64,000 nucleotides of DNA. Origin: an uncultured Actinomycetes bacterium (lineage in GTDB: Bacteria; Actinomycetota; Thermoleophilia; Gaiellales; JAICJC01). Positions within the stretch are counted from its first letter, which is position 1. The number at the start of each line of letters is the position of its first letter. The stretch is taken from positions 588,585 through 652,584 of the forward strand of contig CAWCOL010000009.1 in the NCBI GenBank assembly GCA_963797175.1, in the 5' to 3' direction. The notes beneath the pieces are model-generated. The model worked only from the letters and a program-made list of their open reading frames with translations. It was not told the origin of the DNA and made no database searches. The position numbers and the translations under genes were made by a program. Shown in pieces: positions 43,401 to 52,413 of this stretch.

Positions 43401-45988
43401 CGCTGACCGGCACCGGGACGCAGGCCGTGATCGGCGTCGCGCCCGGCACGATCCCGTTCGGCCCCCAGGCGGTGGGCACCACCAGTGCGGCGCAGACCGT
43501 GACCGTGACCAACAGCGGCAGCGCCGACGCGACCATGGGCACCGTCTCGCTGCCCTCCGGGCCCTACAGCATCACGGCGGATACCTGCTCGGGCAACGTC
43601 GTCCACGCGGGCGGCGACACCTGCACCGTGAAGGTCGCGTTCACGCCGACGGTCAGCGGTGCGGCGCCCGGCCGCCTGCTCTCGATCCCGTTCTCCGGCG
43701 GCGGCTCGACCGGCTCGCCCAAGACGGTGAACCTCTCCGGCACCGGCACGCCCGGCGGCAGCATCGGTGTCGCGCCGACCTCGCTCGCATTCGGCCAGGT
43801 GCCGATCACGACCACCAGCGCCGGCCAGACAGTCACGGTCACCAACTCGGGCACCGACGTCGTCGTGATGGGCACCGTGACAGTTCCCACCGGCTCCGAC
43901 TACGTGCTCACCAACGGCTGCGCCGGCAAGACGCTGGCGACCAGCGGGGCGGCGGCCAAGTGCACGATCACCGTCGCGTTCGCACCGACCGCGACCGGGG
44001 CCGACCCGGACGCGCTGACGATCCGCTACACCGGCGCCGACACCACGCAGAACACGGTGGCGCTGACCGGCACGGGCACCCAGGCCGTGATCGGATCCTC
44101 GCCGGCAGCGATCGCCTTCCCGGACACCGACCTTGGCACCACCAGCCCCGCCCAGACGATCACCGTCACCAACAGCGGCACGGCCGACGCCACCATCGGC
44201 ACCGTCGCGCTGCCGACGGGCGCGTTCGGCGTCACAGCCGACACATGCACCGGCGCGGTCATCCACGCGAGCGGCGGCACCTGCACGGTCAAGGTCGCAT
44301 TCACGCCGACCGCGGTCGGCGCGGCGCCCGGCCGCAGCGTCACGATCCCGTACTCGGGCGGCGGCGCCGCGGGCACCAACCGGACGGTCGCGCTGACCGG
44401 CAACGGCACGCCCGGCGGCACGGTCACGATCGACAAGACCGCGCTCGACTTCGGCAACGTCAAGGTGGGGACGACCAGCGTCGCCCAGACCGTGACGCTC
44501 AAGAACACCGGCACCTCGACCGTCGCCATCAGCTCGGGCGGCGCCGTGTTCCAGCCGCAGACCGCGCCGTACACGATGACGGACGGCTGCGCCGGCAAGA
44601 CGCTGGCCGTCAGCGGCGCCGCGGCGTCCTGCACCATCACGGTCAGCTTCAAGCCGACCGACGCCGTCGACGACTCGAGCCGGCTCTCGATCGGCTACTC
44701 GGGCGCGGACGACGGCGGCAAGCTGGTCGACCTGAGCGGCACCGGCACCGTGCCGGCGCTGACGTTCTCACCGGCCACCGGGCTCACCTTCTCGACCCCC
44801 GTCGGCTCGACCAGCGCGGCCCAGACGCTGACCGTCAAGAACACCGGCAACGCCGTCATGAACCTCTCCGGCGTGACGCTGACCGGCACGAACAAGACGC
44901 TGTTCCACATCAGCGCGACCACCTGCGGCACCACCATCGCCGCGGCCGGCAGCTGCACGGTCGGCGTCACGTTCAGCCCGACGTCCTCGGCGCTGGCCAC
45001 CGCCTCGATCCAGGTCGGGGACGACGCCGCCGGCGCGCCGCACCTTGCGAACCTGAGCGGCACCGGCACGGTGCCCGGCATCCAGACCGCGCCCACGTCG
45101 CTGACGTTCGACCCGCTCCAGGACGGCCTGGTCTCGGTCGCGAAGCCGGTGACGATCAAGAACACCGGCGCTGCGCCGCTCGTGATCGGCACGATCACCG
45201 TGACCGGCGCCAACAACCTCAGCTTCATCATCAAGAGCGGCGGCGACGCCTGCAGCGGCAAGACGATCGCGCCGGCCGGCACGTGCATCGTCCAGGTGCA
45301 GTTCCGGCCGCGCCTGATCTCGGCCAAGGTCGCCTCACTCTCGATCCCCAGCAACGCGGGCTCCACCGCGAACGTCGCGCTGGCGGGCAACTCGATCGCC
45401 CCGCCGCCGGTGACGGCGCTGAAGGGCGCGGTCGGCTGCACCACCGCACAGCTGACCTGGACGGCGCCGAGCGCCCCCCAGTTCAACCGGGTCGTCGTGG
45501 TGCGGAACCGCGACCACGAGCCGACGTCGCCCACCGACGGCACCGTGCTCCCCCACGGCACCGGCACGCTGAGCGACTCCAAGCTGGTGATGCTGAACAC
45601 GTACCACTACGCCGTCTTCGCGGTGTACACGGCCTACGACGACGCGGAGCGGCTGATCAACGCCAAGCCGGCGGTGATCGGCCTGTTCACCAGCCGCGTG
45701 TGCTCCCCGATGAACGGCGCCAGCATCGCCGACCTGACGCCGCTGGTGGACTGGAACCCGTTCACGGCCGGCAGCACGTATGCGATCCGGCTGGTCAACT
45801 CGGGCGGGACGACGATCAACGTCAAGTACCCGACGATGACGCAGTTCCAGATCCTCGCGTCCTGGAGCTACGGCGGCGCGACGCGGAGGCTCGGCAGCGG
45901 GCAGACGTACACCTGCTACGTCTACGCCTACAACAGCCAGTACCCGGTGGGCCGGCTGATCGGCTTCACCAAGTTCACCGAGCGCTGA
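40430..45988 (+). CDS. giant secreted repeat protein: 15 choice-of-anchor-D (ASH/HYDIN-like Ig-fold) repeats + FN3-like and unknown C-terminal domains
   Basis: Signal peptide MKSRRRIVALVAVLSGLALAAQSAQA. Fifteen repeats of about 105 aa follow, each with a V(T/K)NxG...C.G..L..G..C.I.V.F.P pattern. The ATG at 40430 follows GAGGAG, 13 nt after the upstream stop. Confidence 0.9.
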   Translation: MKSRRRIVALVAVLSGLALAAQSAQATVGPVGFDPPTGVAFGAHAAGTTTAQTVTLTNEGDEDLVFDAAGVSLSGTNADQFALANDTCSGATVPAGLTCTFDVRFSPTTHVDATAAVSFSANVAVADYPLSGTGQAGEITESAIPVFPKRDVGTVSPPRNVTIRNVGNIPVTVGTPSTGNAAFVIQSTTCAGAVLAPNAICRVMLAFAPLSPGVFNDALTVPSDANTAIGALSGTGIQGAVTITPASHALTFTSQVGVASGEQQIKLKNTGNSSVTITAHTTPGGDFTVSSDTCTGVTLAGAATCAIGVKFTPSGPGAATEQSIDISYTGAADTHQTVTLDGTGTQGTVNVSTTAITFPDTPVGQTSMSIPITVTNNGSADVTMGTASLPAGDFQIATDNCSGNTVHAGGDTCAIRVSFTPSAAGASAERTVTIAYTGAPGSPQAVTLDGNGIQGTVGINPADGNIDFPDTVVGQSSNDAIVVTNNGSATVHITGPIAQPGAPFSIVATACANKDLAPGGSCTIPVTFTPTARGAAATGTVTVAYTGAPGSPQSVTLDGNGLRGVLGTNKTAIAFPPTALGTTSNSSVTVSNTGDADMHVAAPAAPGGDFSVDASNCTAAVLHPGDTCSVGVTYAPSAIGASAGKTLTITSADADGSPKTVNLTGSGTAGGTVGVTPGTLPFGQVPVTTDSAGQTVTVKNSGTAPVTMGAVSASGSQYQVTNGCAGKTLAISGAAASCTITVAFAPTATGADPQTLTIAYAGADTTQSTVALTGTGTQAVIGVSPGTIPFDPQPVGTTSPAQTITVTNSGTADTTMGTVSLPSGPYAITADNCSGNVVHAGGDTCIVKVAFTPTVNGAAPSRLLSIPFSGGGAANSPKTVNLSGSGTPGGSIAVTPGTLAFGQVPVGTTSAGQTVTVTNSGTDVVVMGAVALPAGSDYQLTNGCAGVTLATSGAAAKCTITVAFKPTAIGTDPDTLTVKYTGADTTQATVALTGTGTQAVIGVAPGTIPFGPQAVGTTSAAQTVTVTNSGSADATMGTVSLPSGPYSITADTCSGNVVHAGGDTCTVKVAFTPTVSGAAPGRLLSIPFSGGGSTGSPKTVNLSGTGTPGGSIGVAPTSLAFGQVPITTTSAGQTVTVTNSGTDVVVMGTVTVPTGSDYVLTNGCAGKTLATSGAAAKCTITVAFAPTATGADPDALTIRYTGADTTQNTVALTGTGTQAVIGSSPAAIAFPDTDLGTTSPAQTITVTNSGTADATIGTVALPTGAFGVTADTCTGAVIHASGGTCTVKVAFTPTAVGAAPGRSVTIPYSGGGAAGTNRTVALTGNGTPGGTVTIDKTALDFGNVKVGTTSVAQTVTLKNTGTSTVAISSGGAVFQPQTAPYTMTDGCAGKTLAVSGAAASCTITVSFKPTDAVDDSSRLSIGYSGADDGGKLVDLSGTGTVPALTFSPATGLTFSTPVGSTSAAQTLTVKNTGNAVMNLSGVTLTGTNKTLFHISATTCGTTIAAAGSCTVGVTFSPTSSALATASIQVGDDAAGAPHLANLSGTGTVPGIQTAPTSLTFDPLQDGLVSVAKPVTIKNTGAAPLVIGTITVTGANNLSFIIKSGGDACSGKTIAPAGTCIVQVQFRPRLISAKVASLSIPSNAGSTANVALAGNSIAPPPVTALKGAVGCTTAQLTWTAPSAPQFNRVVVVRNRDHEPTSPTDGTVLPHGTGTLSDSKLVMLNTYHYAVFAVYTAYDDAERLINAKPAVIGLFTSRVCSPMNGASIADLTPLVDWNPFTAGSTYAIRLVNSGGTTINVKYPTMTQFQILASWSYGGATRRLGSGQTYTCYVYAYNSQYPVGRLIGFTKFTER
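42420..44650 (+). repeat. tandem ~660-nt (two-domain) super-repeat inside the giant gene, about 3.4 copies
   Basis: The landmark TTCGGCCAGGTGCC recurs at 42473, 43130 and 43790. Long runs of near-identical DNA lie between units (for example GGCACCGACGTCGTCGTGATGGGC in two units). Confidence 0.85.
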
Positions 45989-45996
45989 CCGCCCGT

Positions 45997-47073
45997 CTAC
46001 GGGACGAGGTAGCCGAGCGCGACGTACGCGAAGAGCAGGATCTGCGCCGTCGGCGCGAACACCGAGTAGAAGCGGTGCAGCGTCGGGTGGCGCAGGCCGA
46101 GGTCGGCGAGCGAGAAGAACACCGGGAAGGCGACCAGCCCGAAGCGTCCCGATGACTGGAGGATCCCGGCCACCAGCGGCATCGCGAAGATGCCGGCGAC
46201 GTAGAGGATGTCCTCGACCCGGTGTCGGGCGAAGATCGGCCGCCGGACAACGGGGATCAGGAGCGACGCGTACACCAGCACCGCCAGCACGCTGAGCAGG
46301 TGCACGGGCCGCTGGTCGGTCGCGAAGTCGCTGAGCTCGGTGAACAGCGCCAGCGGCGGCACGCTGGGATGCCCGCCCCACTGCGACTGGACGTGCACCA
46401 TCGCCAGCCAGTCGCCCGTGTCGCGGTGCAGCAGCGCCGAGAACATGCCGAAGCCGACCGCCGGGGCGACCGAGGCCAGCGCCCACGCCGGGCTGCGCCG
46501 GCGCCACGCGATCCACAGCAGCGGCGCGATCAGGGCCAGGCCTGTCACGCGCGTCAGCCCCGCCAGCAGGCCGAGGGCTGCCGCCTGCGCCGGGCGGTCG
46601 CGGTCGACGAACACGAACAGCCAGACGGCCAGGGCCAGGAAGATCCCCTCCGTGTACGCCAGCGAGAAGACGAAGGCGAACGGCGAGAGCAGGATGTAGA
46701 GGACGGCGCGCTGGGCGATCGCCTCGGACAGCCGCTCGCGGGCGAGCGTGTACATGCCGACCAGGGCCGCCAGCAGGGCGAGGCTCGAGATCGCCAGCGC
46801 GGCGACCGCGTCGCCGGCGCCCGGCACGTTGCGGGCGACGTCGATCAGCGCCGGGTAGAGCGGGAAGAACGCGACCGAGTTCGTCCCGGTCAGGTAGCCG
46901 ATGTGGGAGATCTGGATGTAGTAGACCGAGTCCCAGCCGGTCAGGGCGATCCAGGGCTGGGTCTGCCACTCCTCGATGTGCCGGTGCCACGCCAGCTGCG
47001 ACGTCACCAGCACTCCCAGGCTCAAGGTGACGACGCGGCTTGCCGACCACAGCAAGAGCACGCGGCGCCACAT
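45997..47073 (-). CDS. GT-C-type integral membrane glycosyltransferase-like protein (PIG-V / mannosyltransferase family)
   Basis: 358 aa from the ATG at 47073 (MWRRVLLLWSASRVV..GWDSVYYIQISHIGY..AFFPLYPAL), with about 9 TM helices. The longer track ORF would run through the tRNA gene. Confidence 0.65.
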   Translation of the reverse strand: MWRRVLLLWSASRVVTLSLGVLVTSQLAWHRHIEEWQTQPWIALTGWDSVYYIQISHIGYLTGTNSVAFFPLYPALIDVARNVPGAGDAVAALAISSLALLAALVGMYTLARERLSEAIAQRAVLYILLSPFAFVFSLAYTEGIFLALAVWLFVFVDRDRPAQAAALGLLAGLTRVTGLALIAPLLWIAWRRRSPAWALASVAPAVGFGMFSALLHRDTGDWLAMVHVQSQWGGHPSVPPLALFTELSDFATDQRPVHLLSVLAVLVYASLLIPVVRRPIFARHRVEDILYVAGIFAMPLVAGILQSSGRFGLVAFPVFFSLADLGLRHPTLHRFYSVFAPTAQILLFAYVALGYLVP

Positions 47074-47126
47074 GGCGCGGTATCGTACTGACCACGAGCC
47101 GCCCGCGTCCGCGTGGTGCGGTACCA

Positions 47127-47216
47127 GGAGAGGTGGCCGAGTGGCTGAAGGCGCCCGCCTGCTAAGTGGGTCTGGGGGGTAAACCTCCAGCGAGGGTTCG
47201 AATCCCTCCCTCTCCG
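47127..47216 (+). tRNA. tRNA-Ser (anticodon GCU)
   Basis: GGAGAGG acceptor stem, anticodon loop CTGCTAA, a long variable arm, T-arm GAGGGTTCGAATCCCTC and a 3' end CCTCTCCG. Confidence 0.9.
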
Positions 47217-47251
47217 TTTCGGCACACGATGTTCCCGGACAAGGCGGCGGC

Positions 47252-47944
47252 TTGAGTCGAGAGCGGTGGATGGCGCTGGCGTTCGCCATCGGATCGATGT
47301 GCTTTCTGGTCGGCCCGTTCCCCGGCTACGCGAACCTGGTCGGCGCGCGCGCGGACGCGGCGACGTTCTTCGTCGGCTCGATCTTCTTCACCGTGGGAGG
47401 CGGCCTCCAGACGTCGATGGCGTTCGCGCGCCGTCACGACCACGGCGCCGGGCGGGCCGCATGGTGGAGCGCCACCGTGCAGTCGGCCGGGACGGTGTTC
47501 TTCAACATCTCGACGTTCGCGGCGCTCCACACGGCCTTCTCCAACGCGCACTACGACCGGCTGGTCTGGCGGCCGGACGCGCTGGGCTCGGTGTGCTTCC
47601 TGGTGTCGGGTGCGATCGCCTACCGCGCGGCGCCGCGGCGCGGATGGCTGCCGCTGCGGGGTGCGCACGGGTGGTGGGAGCCCGCCGTGAACCTGCTCGG
47701 CTGCATCTTCTTCGGCGTGTCGGCGATCGCCGGGTTCGTGGTGCCGTCGAGCGGATCGATCATCGATCTCGCGGCCGCCAACTGGAACACCTGCCTGGGC
47801 GCGGCGTGCTTCCTGGCCTGCGCCGTCGGCACGCTGCGCAGCGATCGGACCTCGAAGATCGTCCGGCGACACCACCGCCTCGGCCTCCGGGACGCCGCCC
47901 CGGATCACGTGGCTCAGCGCCCGGTGCCTCCGTCGGCGGCGTAG
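47252..47944 (+). CDS. YrhK-like membrane protein
   Basis: Four repeated TM segments carry G-S-x-x-F-type motifs (AIGSMCFLVGPF, FVGSIFFTVGG, LGSVCFLVSGA, LGCIFFGVSA). Confidence 0.6.
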   Translation: MSRERWMALAFAIGSMCFLVGPFPGYANLVGARADAATFFVGSIFFTVGGGLQTSMAFARRHDHGAGRAAWWSATVQSAGTVFFNISTFAALHTAFSNAHYDRLVWRPDALGSVCFLVSGAIAYRAAPRRGWLPLRGAHGWWEPAVNLLGCIFFGVSAIAGFVVPSSGSIIDLAAANWNTCLGAACFLACAVGTLRSDRTSKIVRRHHRLGLRDAAPDHVAQRPVPPSAA

Positions 47945-49413
47945 CGGACGATCATCTGATCGGTCATCCACTCGACGGGCGCCCGGTCGTCGGTCAGCGG
48001 GTCGCTGCTCGGCGCCACCGGCTTCGCGTGGTCGAGCGCGGACGCCGCGACTGCGACCAGCCGCGGCGGTGCGCCCTCCAGCCGTAGCCGCAGTTCGTCG
48101 GGCGAGACGTGGTCGCGGAAGCCGGCGACGATCATGTTGAAGGCGCCGGACGGCCACATGTAGACGGTCGCGAACTCGGTGGCCATGGTGCCCGCGATCG
48201 CATTCGGGAGCCGGTCGTCACCAGGCACCCGGCCGACGTTGGCCATCACCACGCCGCCGGGGTTGAGGCGGTCGTGGGCGAGCGACCAGAACTCCTGGGT
48301 CGTCAGGTAGAAGGGGATGTACGGCTGGCGGAACGCATCCAGGAAGATCGCGTCGTAGTCGGAGCGATGGGTCTCCAGGTAGACCCGGCCGTCGTCGGTG
48401 GCGACCCGCACGCGCGGGTTGTCGTCGAGGCCGAAGTAGCGGCGGCCGGCCGCCGTGACGTCGCCGTCCAGCTCGATGCCGAGCACGTTCACGTCGGGCC
48501 AGATCTTGCCGTAGGCACGGCCCACGGTGCCCCCCGCGTAGCCGACCATCGCCAGGTTCCGGAGCGGCCGGCCGTGGATCACCGGCGCGAGCAGGAACTG
48601 ATCCCAGTAGCCGCCCGTCATCACCGTGTCCGCCTGCCAGATCGAGTGCTCGGCCCAACCCTCGTTGAGGTGGAGCACCCGTGAGCCGTCGCTGCGCTGG
48701 ACGACCTGGATGAACTGGTACGGCGACTCGGTCTCGAAGATCACGCCGCTCCCGGGCTTGATCAGCCCGGGCGGCAGCAGCGCCAGGGCCGCGATGGCGG
48801 CGGGCACGAGCACGTAGCGGCGGCCCAGCGCCGGGGCCGCGACCAGCGCCAGCAGCGCGGCGGTCGCGAGCATCGTCCGCCGCGTGCCGATCAGCGGGAT
48901 CAGGATGGCGACGGGGATGAACGTGCCGAGGATGCTGCCCGCCGTCGAGATCGCGTACATCTTGCCGGCCACCTCACCGGCCTTCTCGACCGTCTCCACG
49001 CCCAGGCGGACGGCGAACGGCGAGGCCATCCCGAGCAGCGTGATGGGCACGGAGAAGATCGCCATCGCGGCAAAGAACGAGCCGAGGAACGCGCCCACCG
49101 AGGCGTTCGCGAACGCGTCGACCGCGACGCTGAGGAGCGGCTCGGCGAGGAACGGTGTGATCGCGATCGCCGCGGCGGCCAGCAGCATCAGCCGGGCCAG
49201 GTAGGGCAGGTGCGGATGGCGGTCTGCCAGCCGGCCACCGAGGAAGTACCCCGCGGCCAGGTAGATCAGGATCAGGCCGATGATGTTCGCCCAGATCAGG
49301 ATCGACGCACCGAAGAACGGCGCCAGCAACCGGGAGGCCGACATCTCCGTCGACATGGTCGTCGCGCCGGCGACGAACACCAGCGGCGCGAGCAGGCGTC
49401 TCGACGCGGTCAC
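47914..49413 (-). CDS. fused membrane domain / spermidine synthase-like aminopropyltransferase
   Basis: The N-terminal 200 aa or so are polytopic. The C-terminal SpeE-like domain contains NLAMVGYAGGTVGR, LGIELDGDV, YDAIFLDAFRQPYIPFYLTT and GGVVMANV. Confidence 0.85.
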   Translation of the reverse strand: MTASRRLLAPLVFVAGATTMSTEMSASRLLAPFFGASILIWANIIGLILIYLAAGYFLGGRLADRHPHLPYLARLMLLAAAAIAITPFLAEPLLSVAVDAFANASVGAFLGSFFAAMAIFSVPITLLGMASPFAVRLGVETVEKAGEVAGKMYAISTAGSILGTFIPVAILIPLIGTRRTMLATAALLALVAAPALGRRYVLVPAAIAALALLPPGLIKPGSGVIFETESPYQFIQVVQRSDGSRVLHLNEGWAEHSIWQADTVMTGGYWDQFLLAPVIHGRPLRNLAMVGYAGGTVGRAYGKIWPDVNVLGIELDGDVTAAGRRYFGLDDNPRVRVATDDGRVYLETHRSDYDAIFLDAFRQPYIPFYLTTQEFWSLAHDRLNPGGVVMANVGRVPGDDRLPNAIAGTMATEFATVYMWPSGAFNMIVAGFRDHVSPDELRLRLEGAPPRLVAVAASALDHAKPVAPSSDPLTDDRAPVEWMTDQMIVRYAADGGTGR

Positions 49414-49480
49414 GGAGCCGAGTGTAGACCCGCCGGTCAGATCACAGCCGGGCCGGGATCACCGAGGCGCCCCGCGCCGG

Positions 49481-50284
49481 TCAGGCGCGCGGCTTGAGGG
49501 CGGGCATGTAGCTGTCCTGCTCGAGCCAGTGGCCGCCGTCGATGGTGAAGTTCATGCCGGTCACGTACGAGGCGAACGGCGAACAGAGGGCGGTCGTCCA
49601 CCACCCGATCTCCTCGACGGTCGCCATCCGGCCCAGCGGGACCGTCGCCTCCACCCGCTCGCGGTCGGCCTGGTCGGGCCAGAGCGCCGCGCCCGCGCCC
49701 TCGGTGTCGGTCGGGCCGGGACAGATCGTGTTGACGCGGATGGCGTGCGGCGCCCACTCGACCGCGAGCGTCTTGGTCATCGCGATCAGGCCCGCCTTGG
49801 CGGCGGCCGAGTGCACCGTGCCGGGGCCGCCCGTCCACGCGTAGCTGGCGACCACCGACAGCACCGCGCCGCCGCGGCCCTGCGCGATCATCTGCCGGCC
49901 CGCCGCCCGGGTGCAGAGCCAGCCGCCGTCGAGCACGATCGAGACGACCGCGCGCCAGCCGTTGGGCGAGAGGTCCTCGGCCTTGACGACGAAGTTGCCC
50001 GCGGCGTTGTTGACCAGTACGTCCACGGCGCCGAACCGCTCCACCGCCGCCGCCACCATCGCGTCCACCTGCTCGGGATCGCGCACGTCGGCGGGGGCCG
50101 CCGCCGCGCGGCCGCCGGCCGCCTCGACCAGCGCCACCGTCTCCTCCAGCGGTTCGGGCCGGCGGCCGGACACGACCACGTCGGCGCCGAGGCGCGCGAA
50201 CTCGAGCGCCATCGCCCGCCCCATCCCGCTGCCGCCGCCCGTGACGAGCGCGACCTTCCCCTCGTAGCAGCCGTCAGCCAGCAT
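49481..50284 (-). CDS. SDR family oxidoreductase (dienoyl-/enoyl-CoA reductase-like)
   Basis: It contains KVALVTGGGSGMGRA, NNAAGNF, YAWTGGPGTVHSAAAKAG and IRVNTICPGP. Confidence 0.88.
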   Translation of the reverse strand: MLADGCYEGKVALVTGGGSGMGRAMALEFARLGADVVVSGRRPEPLEETVALVEAAGGRAAAAPADVRDPEQVDAMVAAAVERFGAVDVLVNNAAGNFVVKAEDLSPNGWRAVVSIVLDGGWLCTRAAGRQMIAQGRGGAVLSVVASYAWTGGPGTVHSAAAKAGLIAMTKTLAVEWAPHAIRVNTICPGPTDTEGAGAALWPDQADRERVEATVPLGRMATVEEIGWWTTALCSPFASYVTGMNFTIDGGHWLEQDSYMPALKPRA

Positions 50285-52331
50285 CCGAGCCTCCCTCCTG
50301 CGCGGGAATGATGCGCGCGTCCAGCGCCAGCGCGCCGTGCGGCGTCACCAGCAGCGGGTTGATCTCGATCTCGGCGATGTCGGGCCGCGCCGCGGCCAGC
50401 TGCGACAGCGCCGCCGCCGCCTTCGCCGCCGCCCGCAGGTCGACCGCCTGGCGGCCGCGGCTCGGCCCGAGCAGCGAGGCGTGGCGCAGCCGGTTCAGCA
50501 GCCGCTCCGCCTCCTCCACGTCGAGCGGCGCCAGACCGATCGCCACGTCCTTGAACACCTCGGCGTAGATGCCGCCCAGCCCGACCAGCGCAACCGGCCC
50601 GAACCGGGGGTCGCGGCGGACGCCGACGATCAGCTCGACGCCTTCGGACAGCGGCGCCATCCGCTCGACCGAGAACTCGGGCGGCGCCAGCCGCTCCTCG
50701 AGGTCGGCCGCCTCCCAGGCGAGCTGGTCCTCGTCGGCGATGCCGACCTTGACGCCGCCGGCGTCCGACTTGTGGAGGATGCCGAGCGCCTTGACCACGA
50801 CCGGGAAGCCGAGCCGCCGTCCCGCCTTGTGGATGTCCTCCAGCGTGCGGCACCGGCGTGCCTCGACGAACGGCACGCCCGCCGCCTCCAGCAGTTCGCG
50901 CGCGCCGAAGTAGCTGTCGTCCAGCACCCCCGACTGCCGCGGCGGCAGCGGCGGCGCGCCGGTCGGCGCGTGCGTCTCCACCAGCGCGGCGGTCGCCGCG
51001 ACGGCGGCCTCGATGGTCGGGTAGACGGGGATGCCGGCCTCGCGCTGCGCCTCGGCGGTCGCCGACGCGTGATACATCGTCTGCGCCACGACCGGCTTGC
51101 CTGTCTCGGCAACGGCACGGCCGATGTCGCGCGCAACCTCCACCTCGGCGTCCTTGAACTCGTCCGAGTACTGGCTGTAGCCGCCGAAGTAGCCGGTCAT
51201 CAGCACCCCGTCCACCTCGTCGGAGGCGAGCAGCACGCGGGCGGTGCGCGAGAACGAGGTGAAGTCCTGCTCGCCGCCGCCGGCCAGGTCGACCGGGTTG
51301 CGGGTGGCCGCCGTCGGCGGCAGCTCGGCCGCGATCCGCGCCGACAGCTCGTCGGAGAAGCGCGGAAGCTCCAGTCCGGCGGCATCGGCCACGTCGCAGG
51401 CGATCGCGCCGTGCCCGCCGCCATCGCCGAGGACGGCAATCCGCGGGCCGGCCAGCCGCCGCTCGCCGATCAGCGCATGGGCCAGGTCGATCATCTGCGA
51501 CGGCGTCTGCACCAGGTGCGCCCCGGCGCTGTGGCAGGCGGCTTCGACCACGTCTAGCGCCGACACCATCGCGCCGGTGTGCGAGGCGGCCGCCCGGGCG
51601 CTGGCCTCGCTGCGGCCGACGGTGATCACCAGCACCGGCTTGCCGGCGCCCGCGCAGGCGTCCACGAACGCGCGGCCGTCCCGGAAGTCCTCGGCGTAGA
51701 CGGCGATCAGCCGGGTCTCCTCGTGCAGCCCGAAGGAGGTGACCAGCTCGGCCAGGTCGAGGTCGGACTGGTTGCCCACAGAGGCGAAGCGGGAGAAGCC
51801 GAGCCCGTACGGGCGCGACAGCAGCCCCAGCTCGAGGGCGAGGTTGCCGCTCTGGCTGATCAGCCCGATCGAGCCGGGCGGGAACTCGTTCGAGCAGATG
51901 CCCAGCTCCGAGGAGGCGTCGTAGACGCCCAGGCAGTTGGGGCCGAGCAGCATCGCGCCCGCGGCGCGCACCCGCGCCACCAGGGCGGCCTCGCGCTCGC
52001 GCGCCTCGTCGCCGGTCTCGCCCAGCCCCGCCGTGATCCCCACGATCGCCCGGGCGCCGCGCTCGAGCGAGGCGTCGACCGCCTCCTCGAAGCCCGCGGC
52101 GGGCACCGAGACGACGACCAGCTCGGGCGCCTCGGGCAGGTCGGCGACCGAGGCGTAGGCGGGCCGGCCCAGCACCTCGCCGCCGTTGCGGTTGACCAGG
52201 AAGACCGGGCGCCGGTGCTCGCCGCGCAGCGCCCCGCGCGCGAGCCAGTTGCCCCACTTGGCGGGGTCGTCGGACGCGCCAAGGATCGCGACGGAGGCGG
52301 GCGCAAACAGCGGTTGGAGGTCGCGGGCCAT
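50274..52331 (-). CDS. ADP-forming acyl-CoA synthetase (acetate--CoA ligase family; CoA-binding + ATP-grasp domains)
   Basis: ATG at 52331 (MARDLQPLFAPASVAILGASDDPAKWG). It contains GPNCLGV, SQSGNL and a C-terminal ATP-grasp region (FPVVVKALGILHKSDAGGVKVGI). Confidence 0.88.
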   Translation of the reverse strand: MARDLQPLFAPASVAILGASDDPAKWGNWLARGALRGEHRRPVFLVNRNGGEVLGRPAYASVADLPEAPELVVVSVPAAGFEEAVDASLERGARAIVGITAGLGETGDEAREREAALVARVRAAGAMLLGPNCLGVYDASSELGICSNEFPPGSIGLISQSGNLALELGLLSRPYGLGFSRFASVGNQSDLDLAELVTSFGLHEETRLIAVYAEDFRDGRAFVDACAGAGKPVLVITVGRSEASARAAASHTGAMVSALDVVEAACHSAGAHLVQTPSQMIDLAHALIGERRLAGPRIAVLGDGGGHGAIACDVADAAGLELPRFSDELSARIAAELPPTAATRNPVDLAGGGEQDFTSFSRTARVLLASDEVDGVLMTGYFGGYSQYSDEFKDAEVEVARDIGRAVAETGKPVVAQTMYHASATAEAQREAGIPVYPTIEAAVAATAALVETHAPTGAPPLPPRQSGVLDDSYFGARELLEAAGVPFVEARRCRTLEDIHKAGRRLGFPVVVKALGILHKSDAGGVKVGIADEDQLAWEAADLEERLAPPEFSVERMAPLSEGVELIVGVRRDPRFGPVALVGLGGIYAEVFKDVAIGLAPLDVEEAERLLNRLRHASLLGPSRGRQAVDLRAAAKAAAALSQLAAARPDIAEIEINPLLVTPHGALALDARIIPAQEGGSDAG

Positions 52332-52413
52332 GGGCCGGAGGAGTCTGCCAGACCCGCCCCGGGCCGCGTCGCACGAACCGAAACCACGCTCCAATCGGCT
52401 GTGGCCACGATGC

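Noticed and set aside
39626-44266. 1546-aa ORF on the minus strand opposite the giant repeat gene
   Set aside because: It is antisense to a gene with clear signal peptide, domain repeats and SD. Its product is Arg/Gly/Ala/Asp-rich low-complexity sequence, typical of stop-free antisense frames in high-GC DNA, and its length is inflated by the repeats.
49888-52374. 828-aa minus-strand ORF and other long alternative-frame ORFs (for example 21218-22894, 36268-37893, 54647-56830, 60153-62558, 45335-47095, 12883-14487)
   Set aside because: Each overlaps a gene with clear family motifs in another frame or strand, and each has Arg/Pro/Gly/Ala-dominated composition.
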